Part shown: in pieces, positions 36,611 to 45,232 of the stretch
How positions within the stretch are numbered: the stretch's first letter is position 1
Layout of the letters: every line of letters begins with the position of its first letter
Origin: a virus
Taxonomy: Duplodnaviria; Caudoviricetes
Reading direction: 5' to 3' (one strand)
Virus record (IMG/VR): IMGVR_UViG_3300017971_000342
Location: 1-53,873 of that record
Length of the DNA: 53,873 bases
Notes under the pieces: generated by a model
The model's input: the letters and a program-made list of their open reading frames with translations, nothing else
Databases searched by the model: none
Told to the model about the DNA's origin: nothing
Translations under genes and position numbers: made by a program

Positions 36611-38593
36611 CTACGCTGCCTCCTTAATTTCGCCCCATGAGGGACCGACTTCGACGTCAACCCTGAACGGGACTCTTCCTGGTATAGACTCACGCATTAG
36701 TTTAGCCAAATCTTCAGCCACGGTTGGGCTGCTGACTGTCAAGTCGAGCTCATCATGGACCTGCAACTGGATTCTGAATCCGGCGTCGTCGCCATCTACC
36801 ATACTCTTCTTCGTCTGGTCTCCGGAGGAGCCCTGGATCAACCGATTGAACGCCTTGTATGTCCAGTCGTAGTTGCCATTGGCGTCCTTTGGGAACCGGC
36901 ACTTCCGGCCTAGAATCGTGCGGATGAAGCCACGGCGCTTGGCTCGTCCTTCACAGAGCTTCGCCATCGCCTTGATGAACGGGAGCTTCTGGTTGAATAG
37001 GTCCAGCACTTGCTGGGCTTCCTGACCTGCGGCCTCATACTTACCGTTCCCGTCCCACTTCTCTTTCCACACCGTCGGCAGGCCCAGAGACCTGGCGAGC
37101 TTCGCTCCACCCATACCATAGCAGAGACCGAGGAAGATGATCTTGGCGTTGGTACGCTGCCACTTCTCCGGCATCTGGTCATCAGACAGGTCGTAGATGA
37201 TCCGAGACATCATCGTGTGGTTGTCAGTCAGCGGGTCGTTCCGATACTTCTCGGCTGCCATGACGGCCGACGGGTGGTTGAACCGTGGCAGTTTTGGCTC
37301 CAAGTGGCACGTCTCAGCGTAGTGAACGGACCACCGTGGCTCTTGCTGAGAGAAATCGTTGCAGGCCCAGATGCCGCCTTCGTCCGGGAGGTAGATCGAC
37401 CGCCAGCGCTTGGCGATGTAGAGGTCATGGTCGGGATCATCCCGGGAAGGTTGCTGCTGGAGGTTTGGGTCCGTGCAAGACAGACGGCCATACCGTGCAC
37501 CCTTGTCGTCGCCGGTGTTATCGTCGGTCTTCCGTAGCTGGTTGAATGTGCAGTGTATCCTGTCGCCAACCGCGTGCTCACGAACGCTGTTCACGAACGT
37601 GGTCCGCACCTTGTTGATCTTTCGTGCACGGTAGAGGGCTATGGACAGAGGCTTGTTTAGGGCGACGAGGAAGTCGTTGTCAACAGAGTCCTTCGGCTTC
37701 TCAGCTCTGGTCTTCGGTATGGTGCAGCCGAGATGGTGCCGGAGAAGAGGCGCTACGATGTTCGTGTTAGTGGCTTCGTTGAGTTCGAGCCGCGTGCCGG
37801 TGAGCATATGGATTGTGTCTAAGCACTTCGTCTCTTCCTCAATGGCCCACTTCTCAACCTGAGCCAACCGGTCAAAACTGATCCGGACACCGCGTCGCCG
37901 CATCTTCACCAGGACAGGTAGCAACCGGGACTCAAGGTCGTAGACCTCCCACAGCCCTTGGTCGTCGATCTCCCTCTCCTGGCGCCGGAGTAGTTGCAAC
38001 GGAAGCTCAACGTCCTGTATACCGTAGGCCGCGACATGCTGTGCCGGCATACGCCATATGTTTGCCTTGATGTCCTTCTTCGGGATACCCATCAAGGCCC
38101 CTACATCATAGAGGGCGTCTTCACTCTTACCGGGAACACCCCGTCGTTGAGCGATGTTCTCTAGGGAGTAGGAGATCTGAAGCTCGTCGAGTAGTGGCTC
38201 GGCAATCTGCACGTCACGGAACCACTTAGCATTTCGGAAGACAATCCCCATCTCAGCAAAGTAGTCAAGGTCGTATTGTATCCCAGCGCCGCATATGGTG
38301 CCGGTGAAGACCTTGGCCTGGTCACGGAGATACTGGATCGCGGCCTCTGGATTCGGGACGTTGCCACCGCCCTCGTGACGCAGCGGGACATAGAAGCTGG
38401 GTCCGTCCTCGATTGCAAAGGAGTAGCCACACACGTAGCCACCACGACGAACTCCTGGTCCGAGCTTCCGGATGTGGTCGTCCCGCGTTTCACAGTCGAT
38501 CGCCACCCTCTGGGCATTAGCCCAGGAGGGAAGCGAGCTGACCTTCGGCGGGGACCAATCCGCATCAGGTTGGAAGAGTGGCTGTTGAATCAT
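36611..38593 (-). CDS. polA: Family A DNA polymerase with 3'-5' exonuclease
   Basis: Exo I AIDCET, GRLSCTDPNLQQQP, motif A DFSQQEPR, motif B RTNAKIIFLGLCYG, motif C QVHDEL. Confidence 0.97.
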   Translation of the reverse strand: MIQQPLFQPDADWSPPKVSSLPSWANAQRVAIDCETRDDHIRKLGPGVRRGGYVCGYSFAIEDGPSFYVPLRHEGGGNVPNPEAAIQYLRDQAKVFTGTICGAGIQYDLDYFAEMGIVFRNAKWFRDVQIAEPLLDELQISYSLENIAQRRGVPGKSEDALYDVGALMGIPKKDIKANIWRMPAQHVAAYGIQDVELPLQLLRRQEREIDDQGLWEVYDLESRLLPVLVKMRRRGVRISFDRLAQVEKWAIEEETKCLDTIHMLTGTRLELNEATNTNIVAPLLRHHLGCTIPKTRAEKPKDSVDNDFLVALNKPLSIALYRARKINKVRTTFVNSVREHAVGDRIHCTFNQLRKTDDNTGDDKGARYGRLSCTDPNLQQQPSRDDPDHDLYIAKRWRSIYLPDEGGIWACNDFSQQEPRWSVHYAETCHLEPKLPRFNHPSAVMAAEKYRNDPLTDNHTMMSRIIYDLSDDQMPEKWQRTNAKIIFLGLCYGMGGAKLARSLGLPTVWKEKWDGNGKYEAAGQEAQQVLDLFNQKLPFIKAMAKLCEGRAKRRGFIRTILGRKCRFPKDANGNYDWTYKAFNRLIQGSSGDQTKKSMVDGDDAGFRIQLQVHDELDLTVSSPTVAEDLAKLMRESIPGRVPFRVDVEVGPSWGEIKEAA

Positions 38594-39042
38594 TTGTCGT
38601 CCACATTTGTGCAGAGAATAGGTCCGGGCACCACCGGCATGGTTCCTGAGTCGCAGAGGAATGCGATCATCCAGAGTAGGTTGGGGACCAGGCGACTATC
38701 GTCAATCGCGATGTTTCTCACGGCCCACGTGCCTACTACCTCATCCGTGGTGGTGTGGGTGCGCTGAAGGATATCGGTGTCCCTGCCATAGAAGAAGTAG
38801 ATTCGGAAGCCTTCTCCGGCCAGCGTAGTGAACTGGGTCCAGAATGTGGAGAACGTACGAACCCCAGTCTCCTCCTGGAACTCCCGCATCATTGCGTCTA
38901 TCGGCGCTTCGCCCTCCTCCATGTGGCCACCCACCCCGTTCCAGTAGCCGACGACATACTTCGGACCGTGCTGCTTCTTAATGAGCACCACGTGCTCCAT
39001 GTTGTCGTCAAACATCAGCCCAACTACGTACTCTCGCATCAT
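38590..39042 (-). CDS. NUDIX hydrolase
   Basis: GGHMEEGEAPIDAMMREFQEETGV box. Confidence 0.93.
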   Translation of the reverse strand: MMREYVVGLMFDDNMEHVVLIKKQHGPKYVVGYWNGVGGHMEEGEAPIDAMMREFQEETGVRTFSTFWTQFTTLAGEGFRIYFFYGRDTDILQRTHTTTDEVVGTWAVRNIAIDDSRLVPNLLWMIAFLCDSGTMPVVPGPILCTNVDDK

Positions 39043-39326
39043 CCCCACCCCAACACTTGTTCAACCACGCGGACCTTCTTGGCCTGTACGATGTCCGGCC
39101 TCTCGATAGACCTGACTCGCAGCCGGAAGGGATAGGGCTTCGCCGGTCCCGACTGACCATATCCCTCCTCATAGAAGAATCCGCCACACTGGTGAAGGTA
39201 GGCCGCGACCACATCGACCGGCAAGCCTACCACGTTCTCCTCAATGGCCTTCTTCGTAGCCTCAAGGACCGCGACCTGCATAGCCGCGAAATTCTCAGCA
39301 TCCGTTTTGTCTTTCCCGACCCTCAT
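39039..39326 (-). CDS. Hypothetical protein
   Basis: GAGGAGG RBS; coupled on both sides. Confidence 0.6.
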   Translation of the reverse strand: MRVGKDKTDAENFAAMQVAVLEATKKAIEENVVGLPVDVVAAYLHQCGGFFYEEGYGQSGPAKPYPFRLRVRSIERPDIVQAKKVRVVEQVLGWG

Positions 39327-39835
39327 ACGGCCTCCTCAACGTTGTCACGGTGCACAGAGTTGGCACCCTTTGACCCACGCGCTCTCATCTCGGCCTCAAC
39401 GAGGACCAGATACCGGCGGAGGTCGCGGATGTCATCAATCAGGCCTTCGGCACGGTCGTCGGCCGCGATCTTGGCGAAGATGTCGTATCGCTCGTCCAGG
39501 CGCGTGGCTTCGAGGATACCAAGGCACTCAGCCAAATCCTGCTCACCATACAGGCCCTTCTGGCCGAGAGCGCCCTTGATCTTGTCAGCCAAATAGTCCC
39601 ACGCCTTTCGCAGTGGAGTCTTCTTACCAAGAATCGTGACCGCAGTGTCCTCCTCAATCTTGTTCTCGATCCGGTCCCACTTGCGACACAGCATCATGTA
39701 GGCCCCGATGCCGCCACGGCGCTTCCAGCTGCCCTTGTACTGTGCCTCGGCCTTCATCAGTCCGGCCTTGTCCTCATCACACACCGCCTCGATGAATCCG
39801 AGATGGTGTGTGTCCATGTCGTGTCGTGAGCTCAT
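39323..39835 (-). CDS. Nmad1/DUF1599-like all-alpha nucleotide-modification-associated protein
   Basis: AQYKGSWKRRGG...RKWDRIEN...DDIRDLRRYL; start moved to 39835 (ATGA overlap). Confidence 0.7.
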   Translation of the reverse strand: MSSRHDMDTHHLGFIEAVCDEDKAGLMKAEAQYKGSWKRRGGIGAYMMLCRKWDRIENKIEEDTAVTILGKKTPLRKAWDYLADKIKGALGQKGLYGEQDLAECLGILEATRLDERYDIFAKIAADDRAEGLIDDIRDLRRYLVLVEAEMRARGSKGANSVHRDNVEEAV

Positions 39836-40374
39836 CTTGCCTCCAGAAAATCGCCTGTTCGCTGCCAGATGTACTGACGATAGAATGCCATCGCCCGTTC
39901 CGGCACCTGATGCTGGTTCTCGGCGAACCACCTGGCTATGTTACTCATCAGGGGCTCGACGTTACGGTTCCCCATGGCCCTCTGGTCATGACACCAGAGC
40001 CACAGATCGAGTAGGTCAGCGGCCTTCAGCCACATACGTTCGACCTCGTCCAGGCCGAGTTTACCCTCGAGCCCTACCAGTGACCGAATGCAGTCCTCAG
40101 CTTCCTCCAGACCGTCCCGAACCTTCTGGTGGGCCCACTTACAGAAGGCCGGCACATCGCCCGTCCAGCGCTCCTCCACATCGTGTGTCAGGGCTGCACG
40201 TAGGAGCCTCCCAGAGGCCTCGGGATAGAGTTGCGTGAGGAGTATGGTGACGCCCCACGAGTGCTGTGCCACGTCGTAGTGGCCATGGTGAGGCACGGTA
40301 TGGCACCGCGTCACGTTGCCTCCCTCACGCAGCCGCGTGATTCTCAGAATCGTGTCCGGATGTACGTCCATCAC
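39832..40374 (-). CDS. HD-domain 5'-deoxynucleotidase (YfbR-like)
   Basis: VTRCH...VAQHSW...ALTHDVEE..TGDVP...KAADLLD. Confidence 0.9.
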   Translation of the reverse strand: MMDVHPDTILRITRLREGGNVTRCHTVPHHGHYDVAQHSWGVTILLTQLYPEASGRLLRAALTHDVEERWTGDVPAFCKWAHQKVRDGLEEAEDCIRSLVGLEGKLGLDEVERMWLKAADLLDLWLWCHDQRAMGNRNVEPLMSNIARWFAENQHQVPERAMAFYRQYIWQRTGDFLEAR

Positions 40375-41387
40375 CTATTCTCCCACTTGCGTTTTCTCTG
40401 GTTGATCCAGGCTCCAGCAGCCGCAGCCCAATCGCCGTCCTGGTCCATCTTCCCGAGTATCTCCTGGGCAGCGATGAACTTCTGCGGAGCCGTATTCTCC
40501 TTGTAGGCTGTGATGGCCTGCAACATAGGCAGAGCCACCTTCCTGATGAACGGGTCTGTCATGCCCAGGGCGGGACCGTCGCTGAGGAGCATCTGCATGT
40601 CCTGCTCAAACCGGTGGACGTCGCCGCGCGGGATGAGTGGGGTGGTCTTGACTACGCCACAGGCGTACGGACAGATGAACTGAGTGGACGGCCACGCCTT
40701 GTCCTGCATCTCGGTCATCAACTCCTGGTGGTTGTCCAGGTACAGATGCAGGTTGTTCGTCACCTGCCAGTATCGACCGACCTTGACGCCAATCTTCGCG
40801 GCCATGTACTCAAGGAGCACAGAGAAGTGGACCGCGTTGGCACCGAGGGCTCCCCAGACCGCATCGTTCGACCGGTTGGTAACCATCATGTCCAAAGCGC
40901 CGTCGTTGATCGAGAAGTAAGCCTGGGTGTTGCACGGTAGGTCTTTTGACTGGAGACCAAGGTCGTGATGGCCGTCCCACATTGCGAGAACCTGGCGCCG
41001 GCAGTCAGGGTTCTCCCTCAACGCTGCGGCGATCGTCTCGAGTTGGTCGCAGTTGAAGTGGCTCCGCCACCGATGGCCGTAGGCCCCGTTGAACGTGACG
41101 CCATCGTCGGAGAAATTCCGCATGGTCCCTACGATGGATGCAGGGAAGGCCACGTCGTTGCGGCCACACAACATCCACAGCGCCTCAAGTAGGTGGAAGA
41201 ACGGGTTGGCGTCCCGTTGCTCCCAGAACATGACGCGTTCGGTTGGCCTTGCGTAGACTATTGCCACAGGCTCCGGTGCCTTGAGGACTGGCCCATTCCG
41301 GCTCTCCCTTCGGATACCGTTGACGCTCAGAAACCTCATGACCTCAGGCAACGCCTGATGCACATTCCTGACTTGGATCACGTTCAC
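40371..41387 (-). CDS. Thymidylate synthase-fold enzyme, probable dUMP hydroxymethylase
   Basis: DANPFFHL.EALWML, GAYGHRWR, CRRQV, DLPCN, RSNDAVWGALGAN, NLHLY; Asn at the dUMP-specificity position; GTG 41387 after AGGAG. Confidence 0.88.
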   Translation of the reverse strand: MNVIQVRNVHQALPEVMRFLSVNGIRRESRNGPVLKAPEPVAIVYARPTERVMFWEQRDANPFFHLLEALWMLCGRNDVAFPASIVGTMRNFSDDGVTFNGAYGHRWRSHFNCDQLETIAAALRENPDCRRQVLAMWDGHHDLGLQSKDLPCNTQAYFSINDGALDMMVTNRSNDAVWGALGANAVHFSVLLEYMAAKIGVKVGRYWQVTNNLHLYLDNHQELMTEMQDKAWPSTQFICPYACGVVKTTPLIPRGDVHRFEQDMQMLLSDGPALGMTDPFIRKVALPMLQAITAYKENTAPQKFIAAQEILGKMDQDGDWAAAAGAWINQRKRKWENR

Positions 41388-41697
41388 GTGCCCATCTCCT
41401 AAGTGAGTTTTCGCTTTGCGATACTGCCTCAAGATGCTTCGGGTTGCAGCAGGCCCTGTTGCCACAAGTATGGTCAACCGTGAGGCCTTCCTCAATGTCG
41501 CCATTGAAGATCGCGTATGACAGCCGGTGGACCCAGTGGCTCTTACCATCATACCACATCTTGCCGTAGCCGTGACGGTCCTTGAACCGTTGCCAGACCC
41601 AGCAGTCGTCCACCTTCACCAGACCGGTCAACAGCCGCATAGCTGTCGACTTGTCAGTGATGGCCGGCAGCGCGTGCGATCTATTGATCTTTGGCAT
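41344..41697 (-). CDS. Free-standing HNH endonuclease
   Basis: CWVW...GYG...HRLSY...DHTCGNRACCNPKHLEAVSQSEN. Confidence 0.92.
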   Translation of the reverse strand: MPKINRSHALPAITDKSTAMRLLTGLVKVDDCWVWQRFKDRHGYGKMWYDGKSHWVHRLSYAIFNGDIEEGLTVDHTCGNRACCNPKHLEAVSQSENSLRRWARERDPSQECASGVA

Positions 41698-42493
41698 CTC
41701 TCAGGCTCGATTCGTAGGCTCTCTTCCACTGGATGGTGACCTCTTTGCGTTCCCCGAAGGCCCCACCAGATTTGTTCTTCTTCATCCGGAGGCGGACGTA
41801 AGGCGCGTGCAGTTCGGCGAGCTTCTCGGCCGCAGCCGCGTGAACCTCATGCGAACGGTAGTCGCTGCATCCTCCAGCCTCCTGCGTCTGCCGTTGTCCC
41901 TGGGCATACCTCACCGTGATGCAGTTGGGTAGGCCCTTGCGGAGAAGCTGGAGTAGGATGTCGAAGTCTTCCATCACCGCGACCCTGCCGTGCTCACAGC
42001 CCAGGAAGGCGTCGGTGTTGAAGGAGAGGACTCGGATCATCCGCGTGTTCTCGGTCGGGCAATCGGTCAGACGGTTTTGTCCCTCACGAGCCGAGATGCC
42101 GACAGCGCCGTAGCCATGGACCAGCAGCGACTCGACGTAGTTGATCATGTCGAGGGTTTCCTGCGGTTCCTGACTGAACAGGTGCCAGTCCTCAATCCCG
42201 TTGCGGCGGATGAGGAAGCCGAGATCGTCGTCCATCATGCAGAAGTGCTCGTCACCTTCGCTCTGTGCAACCTCACCGATCCACCGGCGGACGTTGGTGA
42301 TCCCGTCAACGGGACAGCCCAGAAGGCGGACTGAGGGAGGGCACTTCTCGGCGTAGGACTTGTACTGATCGATGGGGCAGACGACCACGACACGGTCGCG
42401 TAGCTCCGACACCCTCATCAGTTGGGCCAGCGTCCGGCCCTGCTCGGTGAAGCGATCCTGTCGGGACCGCGTTGGAATCCAGATCTTCATCAT
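41681..42493 (-). CDS. TAGT/GREB1-like DNA-base glycosyltransferase (GT-A fold)
   Basis: IWIPTRSR, CMMDDDL (DxD), MEDFD..LQLL..G, GGCSDYR. Confidence 0.8.
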   Translation of the reverse strand: MMKIWIPTRSRQDRFTEQGRTLAQLMRVSELRDRVVVVCPIDQYKSYAEKCPPSVRLLGCPVDGITNVRRWIGEVAQSEGDEHFCMMDDDLGFLIRRNGIEDWHLFSQEPQETLDMINYVESLLVHGYGAVGISAREGQNRLTDCPTENTRMIRVLSFNTDAFLGCEHGRVAVMEDFDILLQLLRKGLPNCITVRYAQGQRQTQEAGGCSDYRSHEVHAAAAEKLAELHAPYVRLRMKKNKSGGAFGERKEVTIQWKRAYESSLRDAKDQ

Positions 42494-43380
42494 TTCGGTC
42501 TCCCCTCGTAACGAACCTTCATCATTTGTCGTTTATGCTTCACCTTGACATACTTGGCGTATTCACAGAGCCAGTGCTCCACCTCACGCATCTCCCACTG
42601 CGGCCAGTCGTTCGGCCAGAGCTTGTTGTACCGGCTGAGGACCAGGAGCTTCTGCATTGCACGGATCGCTGCGGCTGCCGCCTTCTTCGGACCGTAGTTG
42701 ATAGCCGTGAGGTTCTTCGCGGTCAACCACGAGAGGCCACGGCAGCAGCCAGGTCCAGGGTTGGCCCACGTGTTAGTGTCCGGCGCGTTCTCGAGCAGAT
42801 AGGTGTGCCGCAGGTCGGACACTATTTCATAGGCCATGAACGGTCCGATGCACGGGAACCGTTTGAGTAGCTCCCACGTTTGCTCCAAGGTCAGGGGACC
42901 AGCCTGGTGGGTGGCCTTATGGGTGAGGACGTTGGCCGCATCCCGGTTGAAGGCGTTGACCATCTCGATACAGCCATCCAGTTTGTCCATGCCGTCCGGT
43001 GTTTTCACAACGTAGGCTGCCCCAACAACCGGCCTCACGCCTATCATAGCGAGTTTGGCTGTGGTAGCATCCCAACGCTCGAAGAGTCCGGCCTTCTTCA
43101 GTTTCTCAAGGGTCTCGATCCGGTTGAAGATGCGGCAGGCAGCCATGGCCGTTATCACCTTTGGGTTGTTGCGTAGTGGCTCCCGCACATTCTCGCGAAT
43201 CCAGACGGTGACCTTGTCGTCTTCACGGAATACGTTGCAGAACCGCCAGTCCTTGAACACTCTGTCGTCAGTCCAGGGTTTACTACGACCGGCTCTTCGT
43301 CGGCGGAGGATGTAGTATCGCTCCCTCGCCGTGGCGAAGTATTCCTCGATCTGATCGTCGTGTAGTTCGTACTCAAGCAT
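42490..43380 (-). CDS. aGPT-Pplase1 / 5-hmdU DNA kinase helical-domain family protein
   Basis: ER..I..RR..G...PWTDD.VF..WRFCNVFREDD, RIFNRIET, GPFMAYEIVSDL, GPG...GL, EVEHWLCEY.KY. Confidence 0.85.
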   Translation of the reverse strand: MLEYELHDDQIEEYFATARERYYILRRRRAGRSKPWTDDRVFKDWRFCNVFREDDKVTVWIRENVREPLRNNPKVITAMAACRIFNRIETLEKLKKAGLFERWDATTAKLAMIGVRPVVGAAYVVKTPDGMDKLDGCIEMVNAFNRDAANVLTHKATHQAGPLTLEQTWELLKRFPCIGPFMAYEIVSDLRHTYLLENAPDTNTWANPGPGCCRGLSWLTAKNLTAINYGPKKAAAAAIRAMQKLLVLSRYNKLWPNDWPQWEMREVEHWLCEYAKYVKVKHKRQMMKVRYEGRPK

Positions 43381-43416
43381 GGTACTATCTTACCCCACTT
43401 CTAGTCAAAACGACAA
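43381..43416 (-). promoter_or_regulatory. Promoter for the modification cluster, predicted leaderless
   Basis: TTGTCG-18-TAAGAT-6 nt-ATG. Confidence 0.55.
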
Positions 43417-43424
43417 TTCCTCGC

Positions 43425-45224
43425 CTACTCGCACTCTTTACGTCCTGTGGCCAGGTCGATTTTGCAGGCTGCACCGTCGTCTGTACTCTTGATGATCCCA
43501 GCCCTCTTACCACCTACCTGATAGGTGGTGATCCCCTTACAGCCGCGCTTCCAAGCCTCAACGTAGAGAGCCTTGAAGTCATCCCACGGCGTGTCTGTTG
43601 GCACGTTACACGTCTTACTCACGGCGCTGTCTACACAGCGAGTCGCAATCTCGAGCACATCAAGATGCTCCTCGATCGTAACGTCCTGGCAACGCTTACC
43701 CTCCACCCCGAACACGCGATAGCCGTAGTCGTCAAAGTCTGTCTCTACCTGGCCAGAAGGCATGTTCACCGTGCGTCGCTGGCTGTAGGAGAACACCGGC
43801 TCGATACCAGAGGAGACGTTGTCCGCACAGAGGGATATGGTTCCGGTCGGTGCGATGGAGGTCAGGTGGCTGTTGCGGATACCATACTTCTTGATCAACA
43901 GCCGTACCTCATCATCCAGCAACTGGACCAGCCCCTGCGACGACAGATACCGATCGTCGTACAGAGGGAACGCACCCTTCTCCTGGGCAAGGAGAGCCGA
44001 AGCACGATAGGTCTCGTTCGCTATGCACATCAGGATACGCATCTGCATGTGCTGAAACCGTTCCGATCCATACGGCATACCGAGAGCCTCAATAGCATTC
44101 GCCAGGCCGGTGACGCCGAGCCCCATCCGGCGCTTGCTCTTCGCCTCTCGCTCCTGTTCGTACAGTGGATAGGAGGATGCATCAATCACGTTGTCCATGG
44201 CTCGTACAACGTGCGGGATATCCTCAATAAGTTGGCCGAAGTCAAAGTATGGTAGGCTTGTGCCAAGGGGATTCATGACGATGTACCTGGTCAGGTTGAA
44301 ACTGCCCAGGAGACACGCACCGTAGGCCGGCAAGGGCTGTTCACCGCAAGGATTGGTCGCGATGATCTCCTCACAGTACCACAGGTTGTTGAGCCGGTTG
44401 ATTGTGTCGATGAAGATGACTCCCGGCTCGGCCCAATCCCAGGTCGACCGCATCAGCATGTCCCACAGGGCCCTCGCCTTGGTTTCACGGTATACCTTAC
44501 CGTTGAACCGAAGAGGGAAGTTGGCGTTGGCGATCAGCGCCTGCATGAACTCGTCTGTCACAGCAACTGAGATGTTGAAGCCTGTGAGTTTGAACACCGC
44601 CTGAAGAGCCTGGTACCAAGCGAGCCACTCCGCCGTCCCGGGAGTACACTTGGCCAGTTGCTCCATGATCGGACTTGCGGCCTTCGGTGGCTGCTTTGAC
44701 CGGATGAAGTCCTCGATATCAGGATGGTCAATACGCATGACGCCCATCTGTGCCCCACGGCGATGGCCGGAAGAGGCAATACACCTACAGATGGCATCGT
44801 AGATATCCATGAAGGAGATAGGCCCCGAGGACGTTGACATGAGCTTCTTGATGAGGTCGCCGCGCGGTCGCAGCGTTGAGAAGTCGTAGCCGATGCCTCC
44901 TCCCATTCGCATCGTAGCTGCGGCCTCAGTTGCGATGGCCATGATGGAGCCGTGACCTTCGACAAAGGAGTCTTCTATTCGGCCGGACACATAGCAGTTG
45001 TAGGCCGTGCAGTTCTTGGTGCTGCCAATAGCGTTTTGAATGCGACCACCAGGCATGAATCGCATATTGAGTAGGGCGTCGCGAAAAGCCCTGAAGTGTG
45101 CATCGTTGTCTTCCAAAGCACCGGCGATCCGGTTGGTCGACTCCTTGAAGGTCTCACCCTTACCGCGATACTTCTCGGCGTGGATTTCTTCAGAGAACGG
45201 TAGGGTTGGTCCGTATTCTGGCAT
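43425..45224 (-). CDS. nrdJ: Class II (B12-dependent) ribonucleotide reductase
   Basis: FMPGGRI, YNCYV, GGGIG, TNPCGEQPL...CLLG, IAPTGTIS, WKRGCKGIT; no beta subunit gene in the window; ATG 45224 after AGGAGG. Confidence 0.88.
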   Translation of the reverse strand: MPEYGPTLPFSEEIHAEKYRGKGETFKESTNRIAGALEDNDAHFRAFRDALLNMRFMPGGRIQNAIGSTKNCTAYNCYVSGRIEDSFVEGHGSIMAIATEAAATMRMGGGIGYDFSTLRPRGDLIKKLMSTSSGPISFMDIYDAICRCIASSGHRRGAQMGVMRIDHPDIEDFIRSKQPPKAASPIMEQLAKCTPGTAEWLAWYQALQAVFKLTGFNISVAVTDEFMQALIANANFPLRFNGKVYRETKARALWDMLMRSTWDWAEPGVIFIDTINRLNNLWYCEEIIATNPCGEQPLPAYGACLLGSFNLTRYIVMNPLGTSLPYFDFGQLIEDIPHVVRAMDNVIDASSYPLYEQEREAKSKRRMGLGVTGLANAIEALGMPYGSERFQHMQMRILMCIANETYRASALLAQEKGAFPLYDDRYLSSQGLVQLLDDEVRLLIKKYGIRNSHLTSIAPTGTISLCADNVSSGIEPVFSYSQRRTVNMPSGQVETDFDDYGYRVFGVEGKRCQDVTIEEHLDVLEIATRCVDSAVSKTCNVPTDTPWDDFKALYVEAWKRGCKGITTYQVGGKRAGIIKSTDDGAACKIDLATGRKECE

Positions 45225-45232
45225 GACTCCTC

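Noticed and set aside
40371-41387. dCMP hydroxymethylase (T4 gp42-like)
   Set aside because: The specificity position after RSND..WG is Asn, not Asp, and a dCMP deaminase is present.
40371-41697. Group I intron carrying the HNH inside the ThyA-fold gene
   Set aside because: The ThyA-fold ORF is complete from GTG 41387 with its own RBS, and there is no non-coding space for an intron core.
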